A stretch of DNA of 64,000 bases, from assembly GCA_951406725.2 (NCBI GenBank), contig OX597823.1:80724001-80788000 (forward strand), given 5' to 3'. This document shows, piece by piece, positions 54,935-64,000 of the stretch. Both the position numbers and the translations under genes were made by a program. The notes beneath the pieces were generated by a model. It saw nothing but the letters and a program-made list of their open reading frames with translations, was not told where the DNA came from and made no database searches. Numbering within the stretch: the first letter of the stretch is position 1; each line of letters starts with the position of its first letter. The stretch comes from Octopus vulgaris. Lineage: Eukaryota.

Positions 54935-55685
54935 CATCGCCTTACCGGCACCTGTGCCGGTGGCATGTGTAAAAAATTCGAGCGAGGTCGTTGCCAGTAC
55001 TGCCTGACTGGCCCCGTACCGGTGGCACGTAAAAGCACCCACTACACTCTCGGAGTGGTTGGTGTTAGGAAGGGCATCCAGCTGTAGAAACTCTGCCAGG
55101 TGCAGCCATCTAGTTCGCCAGCCCTCAGTCATTCATCCAGCCCATGCTAGCATGGTAAGCGGATGTTAAACGATAATTATGATATATATATATATATATA
55201 TTTATATACACATTTAAAGAAAATTTAGAAAATGGAGATGTAGCATTAATATAATTTATCATCTGCAAAAATACAACATATTCACTTAAGGCTGTTTCAA
55301 TTTAGCCTAAAAGATTACAATAATTAAATCATCAGAGGGGTAGACAAGATATACTGTTAGGTTAATAGGAGTTATGTTGAGTCTGCTGAGATGATTTGAA
55401 AACACAACACCTAATAACATAATGGTATATCTTTTCTACCCCTCTAATGAGATTTTGCCTAATACAATGATTTAATTACGGTGATGTACTTGCATAGCAA
55501 GTGATTTGATCTGAGATCGTGTGCTGAAACGAAAACAATTGCAGCATGGAAGGTGTTTGTAAGCCATTTAAGAAACAAACAAAAGCCGTTTGATTCACTT
55601 CAACATTTAAGTTTAATTTGTCAAAATATTTTCGTCGCTTTAAGACCGCGACCTGTTCACTGACAAAAATCCGTGCTACAGCATT

Positions 55686-56181
55686 ATAGGTCTAAATATA
55701 AATCTTGGTTTATAAATATTATATATATTACTATATATAAAATTTAGAAAATGGAGATGTAGCATTAATATAATTTATTATCTGAAAAATACAACATATT
55801 CTCTTACAGCTGTTTCAATTTAGACTAAAAGATTAAATTACAACAATTAAATCATTACCATTTAAATTTAATTTGTTGAAATATTTTCGTCGCTCAAAGA
55901 CCGCGAACTGTTCACTGACAAAAATCCGTGCTACAGCATGGATTTTTGTCAGTGAATAGGTCAGCGTCTTAAAGCGACGAAAATATTTTGACAAATTAAA
56001 TTTAAATGGTAATGATTTAATTGTTGTAATTTAATCTTTTAGTCTAAATTGAAACAGCTGTAAGAGAATATGTTGTATTTTTCAGATAATAAATTATATT
56101 AATGCTACATCTCCATTTTCTAAATTTTATATATAGTAATATATATAATATTTATAAACCAAGATTTATATTTAGACCTAT
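55686..56181. repeat. Near-perfect palindrome of about 500 bp in chitinase intron 4 (mirrored at about 63197-63674)
   Basis: About 247-bp arms centred at tgct-ac-agca (55933/55934). Confidence 0.92.
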
Positions 56182-56281
56182 CATTTTATGAATATTATTA
56201 TTCACAAAAAATACGAGGCAATGAACCAGTAATTCATTGTATATTACTATTCCTTAATGAGGCTATTTTAACCTCTAATTG

Positions 56282-56335
<54 letters not shown>

Positions 56336-56924
56336 ACTTCTTTTGGTTTCTGTCTGCCAAATCCACTTACAAGGCTTTGGTCAGCCCAATGCTATAGTAG
56401 AAGACACTTGCTCATGGTGCCATGCAGTGGGACTGAAATGAGAACCATGTGGGTAGGAAGCAAGCTTCTTACCACACAGCCATGCCTGCACTTCTTTATA
56501 TTTATTTATTTCATCATCATCATCCTCATCATCATCATCTTCTTCTTCACCATCATTTAACATTTGCTTTCCATGCTAGCATGGGTTGGACGATTTGACT
56601 GAGGACTGGCGAACCAGATGGCTGCACCATGCTCCAATCTGATCTGGCAGAGTTTCTTCCTAATGCCAACCACACTTGTTCCTTTAAATTCCTATCTTTG
56701 AGTTAAATTTGATGGATCTAGTTTTGGGTTATTGCTTTACAAATTATTTTTATTTGGAATTGAATTTTATCAACTCAACTGCATTTTTAAATATTTACAT
56801 CCATATCTAGCTACAGTCTGCAAAGAATATACCAAATAAAATCTTTTAGTCTTATCAAAAAGCTATTCTTGAATTACAGGTACTGGCAGAGTAATGCACC
56901 AGCTCCAACTTACAATTCTCAGAA

Positions 56925-57385
56925 GAGGACAGGTTACCAAAAGAGCCAAGCTCAGTTTGTCTCTCATGCCTGTCCTTACTTATGGTCGTGAATGTTGGGT
57001 GATGACCAAAAGAGTATATTTCTGAATACAAGTGGTTGAAAAGGGATTCTTCTGAAGGGTCTCTGGAGTAATGTTACTCTACAGAGTGCATAACTGAGAG
57101 ATCAAGGAGTCTCTCCAGATTGAGTTGTTGCTTTTCAATGTTGAGAGTCAGAGCTCCAGTACTAACGATTCTGCATAGGAAAGAATCACAAGACATTCTT
57201 CAAGCTGAACCAACTGGCAGGAAACCTAGGGGTAGATCAAGAACAAGATGGCTGGATAATAATATATGTAGTGTCATTTGGTTTTGCTTGGGAATCCAAC
57301 TGGAAGGTGTGATGATGACTGCTTCTGATAGGACTCTATGGAGGAGATGTTTCAGGACTCTACTCCCAGTATCATCTCAGGAATA
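56925..57385 (+). mobile_element. RTE-like LINE C-terminal fragment (mirror copy at about 62000-62460, - strand)
   Basis: PVLTYGRECWVMT ... ILQAEPTGRKPRGRSRTRWLD, followed by a GGAT-type tail. Confidence 0.65.
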
Positions 57386-57738
57386 GTGGGTGGAGAAGAT
57401 GGATGGGTGGGTGGATGGAGGGATGAATGGATTGGTGGGTGGGTTGATGGGTTGATGGAAGGATCAATGGATGGCTGGATGGATGGGATATATAAAATCT
57501 GAAAATAGGAAATACAATATTACTATTGTATTTCCTGTTTTCAGGTTTTATATAACTATAATAATAATAATAAAAAGAAGGTGTTTGTTTTCTTCATTCA
57601 TTATATAATTTATTGTAAGGTGGCGAGCTGGCAGAAACGTTAGCATGCTCGGTGAAATGCTTAGTGGTATTTCATCTGTCTTTACTGCAGGTATTCACAG
57701 ACTTTACTAGAGAATTTCATTTTTTATTTATTTGGCAG

Positions 57739-57924
57739 GAATGGTCGATAGAGTATTGGATAAAACTGGGAGCCCCCAAAAATAAGCTCGTTTTGGGAAT
57801 GACAGCAGCTGGTAATACGTATACCTTAAAGAATGCAACAAAGCATGGTTTAGGAGCACCAGTGGAGAAAGCAGGAGAGAAAGGACCATATACAAAACAA
57901 GAGGGATTTCTGTCTTATTATGAG
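57739..57924 (+). CDS. GH18 chitinase, coding exon 5 (start of chitinase insertion domain); gene 3'-incomplete in window
   Basis: ttggcag acceptor. EWSIEYWIKLGAPKNKLVLGM...GLGAP...GPYTKQEGFLSYYE. Donor GAG|GTGACA, phase 0. No later exon with the C-terminal WxxDxDD motif was found. Confidence 0.9.
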
Positions 57925-58064
57925 GTGACAGTAGTTTATACTTATATCTGTTTCATTATAAAGTACCATTAAACCAGATTTAATTGATTATGTTTCTTTA
58001 TATTGTTTTTTTTTCTTAAAAATCAAAGTCAGAACTTTTTGATTCTATTCTCCCTTTGAACTGA

Positions 58065-58645
58065 AGATGTTAGACTCTCTCCTAGATCTGTTACACTTTG
58101 TCCTAAATCTGGCCTGGAATTGTTAGCCTTTGTCTACCTTGAGACTAAATGAGGTAACCATCTTTGTTCTATATTTGAACTGGTGTTGTGAGATTCTGTT
58201 CAGCATCTGGAACAGAGCTGTTGAGCTTTGCTCTATATCTAGACCAGATCTGTTGGGCTTTGCTCTACATTTGGAGCATAGTTTTTAGACCCTGATTTGC
58301 ATCAAGACCAGAGCTGTTAGACTCTACTCTGCATTTGGTGTATAGAGGTTTCAGACTCTGATCAGCATTTGGATCAGAGCAGTTAAACTCTAGTCTATAT
58401 CTAGAGCCTACACAGCATCAAGACTAGAGCTTTTAGACTTTGCTTTACATCTGGAATAAAACTTTTAAACTCTGCTCTGCATTTGAGACAGGAGCTGTTT
58501 AACTCTATTTTATAGATTGGAGATGCTATAACCTTTTCTGCATGTGTACTAGAATTGTTAGACCTTCTCTTAATCTGAACCAGAATTGTTAGAACCTTGT
58601 CTACCTCTTTAAAAAAGAAAAGATGTTAAATTCTGCTATATATCT
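58065..58645. repeat. Highly diverged 32-bp tandem array (mirrored at about 60780-61360)
   Basis: Consensus approximately ccagagctgttagactctgctctacatctgga. Period 32 measured at 58213 and 58245. Confidence 0.75.
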
Positions 58646-58652
58646 AGTTTGG

Positions 58653-58855
58653 CTAGCGGGCGAAATGCATAGCCGTATTTCGTCTGCCGTTACGTTCTGA
58701 GTTCAAATTCTGCTGAGGTCGACTTTGCCTTTCATACTTTCTGGGTCGATAAATAAAGTACCAGTTTCACACTGGGGTCGATGTAATCGACTTAATCTCT
58801 TTGTCTGTCCTTGTTTGTTCCCACTGTGTTTAGCCCCGTGTGGGCAATAAAGAAA
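58653..58855 (+). mobile_element. 5'-truncated SINE with 16-bp TSD (mirror copy 60568-60770)
   Basis: TSD tatatatctagtttgg at 58637-58652 and 58856-58871. Confidence 0.85.
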
Positions 58856-59302
58856 TATATATCTAGTTTGGACATTTTAGAGTCCTCTCTATGTATGAAC
58901 TCAAGGAATTGCAAGATAACAATTTGTTCTTTATTTACCAGGTTTAAATTACTCATTCAGTGACATTCAATTATAACTTGATCATGTATTTTTCATGTTT
59001 TCAAACATTGAAACAAAACTCATGATAAGCATAAATCTCTGATTAAGTTGACTGTTTATATTAACACTCATACTTTAACACTCTTTACTCTGTAAAGATT
59101 TGGAAGATCAGCTCTCAGAACATGTCTTCTACCACAATCAGTCTTAATAACACCAACATATTGATCTTTATATAAATAATTTATGGTTAACTATGATTTT
59201 AATACACTATTTATTGATTTTATTCACCAATTCTATTCTCTTTATAATATCATGTGCTGAAAAAAATGCTTCAATTTTAAAAGATGCTATTTCATACAGT
59301 AA

Positions 59303-59532
59303 TTAACCCTTTTGTTACCATATTTCTGATGAGATGCTCTGTGTTTCTTACAATTAATTTTAAATATAACAAAGAATTTTGTAAAATAACTTAGTTATCA
59401 TTCAGCTAGTGTTAGGAACATAAATTGTGACTAAGGTTTATTGGGAGATTTTAATTCAAAACTTATGAAAACAAGACATTTGTATTACAGAGCCAGAGGC
59501 AGTTTTAGCCGGGTTGGTAACGAAAGGGTTAA
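59303..59532. mobile_element. piggyBac-like MITE (TTAA); mirror copy about 59890-60119; related element about 48958-49186
   Basis: ttaaCCCTTTtgttacc ... ggtaacgAAAGGGttaa termini. Confidence 0.7.
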
Positions 59533-59712
59533 TGCTATATTTTTTTTTGCTATGTTTTGACACTAAAGCTTCTTCAGACATACCAATATTCTTGTATACT
59601 GTTTTAACATACTGTCACCATACATTATACAGAGACTGAAAATGTATCTATAAATGTATTTATGTAAGTATATATGTATATATGCATGTATGCATGAATG
59701 TATGTATGCATA

Positions 59713-59752
<40 letters not shown>

Positions 59753-61479
59753 TTTTTTGTACTTGTTTCAGTCATTTGACTGCGGCCATGCTGGAGCACC
59801 GCCTTTACAGTATGTTAAAACAGTATACAAGAATATTGGTATGTCTGAAGAAGCTTTAGTGTCAAAACATAGCAAAAAAAAATATAGCATTAACCCTTTA
59901 GTTACCAACCCATTTAAAACTGCCTCTGGCTCTGTAATACAAATGTCTTGTTTTCATAAGTTTTGAATTAAAATCTCCCAATAAACCTTAGTCACAATTT
60001 ATGTTCCTAACACTAGCTGAATGATAACTAAGTTATTTTACAAAATTCTTTGTTATATTTAAAATTAATTGTAAGAAACACAGAGCATCTCATCAGAAAT
60101 ATGGTAACAAAAGGGTTAATTACTGTATGAAATAGCATCTTTTAAAATTGAAGCATTTTTTTCAGCACATGATATTATAAAGAGAATAGAATTGGTGAAT
60201 AAAATCAATAAATAGTGTATTAAAATCATAGTTAACCATAAATTATTTATATAAAGATCAATATGTTGGTGTTATTAAGACTGATTGTGGTAGAAGACAT
60301 GTTCTGAGAGCTGATCTTCCAAATCTTTACAGAGTAAAGAGTGTTAAAAATATGAGTGTTAATATAAACAGTCAACTTAATCAGAGATTTATGCTTATCA
60401 TGAGTTTTGTTTCAATGTTTGAAAACATGAAAAATACATGATCAAGTTATAATTGAATGTCACTGAATGAGTAATTTAAACCTGGTAAATAAAGAACAAA
60501 TTGTTATCTTGCAATTCCTTGAGTTCATACATAGAGAGGACTCTAAAATGTCCAAACTAGATATATATTTCTTTATTGCCCACACGGGGCTAAACACAGT
60601 GGGAACAAACAAGGACAGACAAAGAGATTAAGTCGATTACATCGACCCCAGTGTGAAACTGGTACTTTATTTATCGACCCAGAAAGTATGAAAGGCAAAG
60701 TCGACCTCAGCAGAATTTGAACTCAGAACGTAACGGCAGACGAAATACGGCTATGCATTTCGCCCGCTAGCCAAACTAGATATATAGCAGAATTTAACAT
60801 CTTTTCTTTTTAAAGAGGTAGACAAGGTTCTAACAATTCTGGTTCAGATTAAGAGAAGGTCTAACAATTCTAGTACACATGCAGAAAAGGTTATAGCATC
60901 TCCAATCTATAAAATAGAGTTAAACAGCTCCTGTCTCAAATGCAGAGCAGAGTTTAAAAGTTTTATTCCAGATGTAAAGCAAAGTCTAAAAGCTCTAGTC
61001 TTGATGCTGTGTAGGCTCTAGATATAGACTAGAGTTTAACTGCTCTGATCCAAATGCTGATCAGAGTCTGAAACCTCTATACACCAAATGCAGAGTAGAG
61101 TCTAACAGCTCTGGTCTTGATGCAAATCAGGGTCTAAAAACTATGCTCCAAATGTAGAGCAAAGCCCAACAGATCTGGTCTAGATATAGAGCAAAGCTCA
61201 ACAGCTCTGTTCCAGATGCTGAACAGAATCTCACAACACCAGTTCAAATATAGAACAAAGATGGTTACCTCATTTAGTCTCAAGGTAGACAAAGGCTAAC
61301 AATTCCAGGCCAGATTTAGGACAAAGTGTAACAGATCTAGGAGAGAGTCTAACATCTTCAGTTCAAAGGGAGAATAGAATCAAAAGTTCTGACTTTGATT
61401 TTTAAGAAAAAAAAAAATATAAAAAACATTAAATCTGGTTTAATGGTACTTTATAATGAAACAGAAGTAAGACTGTCAC

Positions 61480-61654
61480 CTCATAATAAGACAGAAATCC
61501 CTCTTGTTTTGTATATGGTCCTTTCTCTCCTGCTTTCTCCACTGGTGCTCCTAAACCATGCTTTGTTGCATTCTTTAAGGTATACGTATTACCAGCTGCT
61601 GTCATTCCCAAAACGAGCTTATTTTGGGGGTATCCAATACTCTATCGACCATTC
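61480..61654 (-). pseudogene. Inverted copy of chitinase exon 5 with an 11-nt loss (frameshift)
   Basis: Reverse complement of 57739-57924. It lacks aaactgggag and one A of the following A-run (175 vs 186 nt). Confidence 0.85.
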
Positions 61655-63044
61655 CTGCCAAATAAATAAAAAATGAAATTCTCTAGTAAAGTCTGTGAAT
61701 ACCTGCAGTAAAGACAGATGAAATGCCACTAAGCATTTCACCGAGCATGCTAACGTTTCTGCCAGCTCATACCTTACAATAAATTATATAATGAATGAAG
61801 AAAACAAACACTTCTTTTTATTATTATTATTATAGTTATATAAAACCTGAAAACAGGAAATACAATAGTAATATTGTATTTCCTATTTTCAATTTTATAT
61901 ATCCCATCCATCCAATCCATTGATCCTTCCATCAACCCATCAACCCACCCACCAATCCATTCATCCCTCCATCCACCCACCCATCCATCTTCTCCACCCA
62001 CTATTCCTGAGATGATACTGGGAGTAGTCCTGAAACATCTCCTCCATAAGTCCTATCAGAAGCAGTCATCATCACACCTTCCAGTTGGATTCCCAAGCAA
62101 AACCAAATGACACTACATATATTATTATCCAGCCATCTTGTTCTTGATCTACCCCTAGGTTTCCTGCCAGTTGGTTCAGCTTGAAGAATGTCTTGTGATT
62201 CTTTCCTATGCAGAATCGTTAGTACTGGAGCTCTGACTCTCAACATTGAAAAGCAACAACTCAATCTGGAGAGACTCCTTGATCTCTCAGTTATGCACTC
62301 TGTAGAGTAACATTACTCCAGAGACCCTTCAGAAGAATCCCTTTTCAACCACTTGTATTCAGAAATATACTCTTTTGGTCATCACCCAACATTCACGACC
62401 ATAAGTAAGGACAGGCATGAGAGACAAACTGAGCTTGGCTCTTTTGGTAACCTGTCCTCTTCTGAGAATTGTAAGTTGGAGCTGGTGCATTACTCTGCCA
62501 GTACCTGTAATTCAAGAATAGCTTTTGATAAGACTAAAGATTTTATTTGGTATATTCTTTGCAGACTGTAGCTAGATATGGATGTAAATATTTAAAAATG
62601 CAGTTGAGTTGATAAAATTCAATTCCAAATAAAAATAATTTGTAAAGCAATAACCCAAAACTAGATCCATCAAATTTAACTCAAAGATAGGGAATTTAAA
62701 GGGAACAAGTGTGGTTGGCATTAGGAAGAAACTCTGCCAGATCAGATTGGAGCATGGTGCAGCCATCTGGTTCGCCAGTCCTCAGTCAAATCGTCCAACC
62801 CATGCTAGCATGGAAAGCAAATGTTAAATGATGGTGAAGAAGAAGATGATGATGATGAGGATGATGATGATGAAATAAATAAATATAAAGAAGTGCAGGC
62901 ATGGCTGTGTGGTAAGAAGCTTGCTTCCTACCCACATGGTTCTCATTCAGTCCCACTGCATGGCACCATGAGCAAGTGTCTTCTACTATAGCATTGGGCT
63001 GACCAAAGCCTTGTAAGTGGATTTGGCAGACAGAAACCAAAAGT

Positions 63045-63098
<54 letters not shown>

Positions 63099-64000
63099 CA
63101 ATTAGAGGTTAAAATAGCCTCATTAAGGAATAGTAATATACAATGAATTACTGGTTCATTACCTCGTATTTTGTGAATAATAATATTCATAAAATGATAG
63201 GTCTAAATATAAATCTTGGTTTATAAATATTATATATATTACTATATATAAAATTTAGAAAATGGAGATGTAGCATTAATATAATTTATTATCTGAAAAA
63301 TACAACATATTCTCTTACAGCTGTTTCAATTTAGACTAAAAGATTAAATTACAACAATTAAATCATTACCATTTAAATTTAATTTGTCAAAATATTTTCG
63401 TCGCTTTAAGACCGCGACCTATTCACTGACAAAAATCCATGCTGCTTAGCACGGATTTTTGTCAGTGAATTAGCGGTCTTTGAGCGACTGAAAATATTTC
63501 AACAAATTAAATTTAAATGTAATATTTAATTGTTTGATCTTTTAATATATGAAGAAAAGAATATGTTGTATTTTTCAGATAATAAATTATATTAATGCTA
63601 CATCTCCATTTTCTAAATTTTATATATAGTAATATATATAATATTTATAAACCAAGATTTATATTTAGACCTATAATGCTGTAGCACGGATTTTTGTCAG
63701 TGAACAGGTCGCGGTCTTAAAGCGACGAAAATATTTTGACAAATTAAACTTAAATGTTGAAGTGAATCAAACGGCTTTTGTTTGTTTCTTAAATGGCTTA
63801 CAAACACCTTCCATGCTGCAATTGTTTTCGTTTCAGCACACGATCTCAGATCAAATCACTTGCTATGCAAGTACATCACCGTAATTAAATCATTGTATTA
63901 GGCAAAATCTCATTAGAGGGGAGTGAAAAAGATATACCATTATGTTATTAGGTGTTGTGTTTTCAAATCATCTCAGCAGACTCAACATAACTCCTATTAA

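Larger units (their letters stand above)
55362..64000. repeat. Large inverted duplication: left arm 55362-59615, spacer 59616-59806, right arm 59807-64000 (continues past the window)
   Basis: The right arm reads as the reverse complement of the left arm, including the exon, SINEs, minisatellite and microsatellites. Differences are mostly small indels. Confidence 0.97.

Noticed and set aside
57925-59806. Search for chitinase exon 6 onward (WxxDxDD, chitin-binding domain)
   Set aside because: No phase-compatible exon with GH18 or CBM14 motifs was found before the fold-back.
61429-61676. Possible second, convergent functional chitinase gene
   Set aside because: It is the mirror of exon 5 within the inverted duplication, is frameshifted, and has no downstream exons.

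Overview
AT-rich, repeat-saturated eukaryotic genomic DNA. The SINE and RTE-tail families look like those of Octopus (recognition only, not a database result). Almost all ORFs in the supplied track are noise from microsatellites and repeats. The one real host gene is a + strand, multi-exon secreted GH18 chitinase. Five coding exons (41320-57924) splice in phase to 308 aa with an intact DxxDxDxE motif, but several substrate-binding positions are atypical. Its 3' exons are absent because the sequence folds back at about 59.7 kb into a >=4.2-kb inverted duplication running to the window end. This is either an assembly fold-back or a real palindrome. Other content: a decayed, intron-less Cactin pseudogene fragment (20.8-21.5 kb); fragments of CRE, R4/Dong, RTE, Penelope-like and probably BEL/Pao retroelements; two solo-LTR-like units; non-autonomous Helitrons; several MITE or foldback elements; tRNA-SINEs with TSDs; and minisatellites. 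A recurring motif is small microsatellite-embedded, often palindromic elements carrying minimal hammerhead-ribozyme motifs. One is canonical (6964-7001) and one inverted pair has a U3-A8 covariant core.
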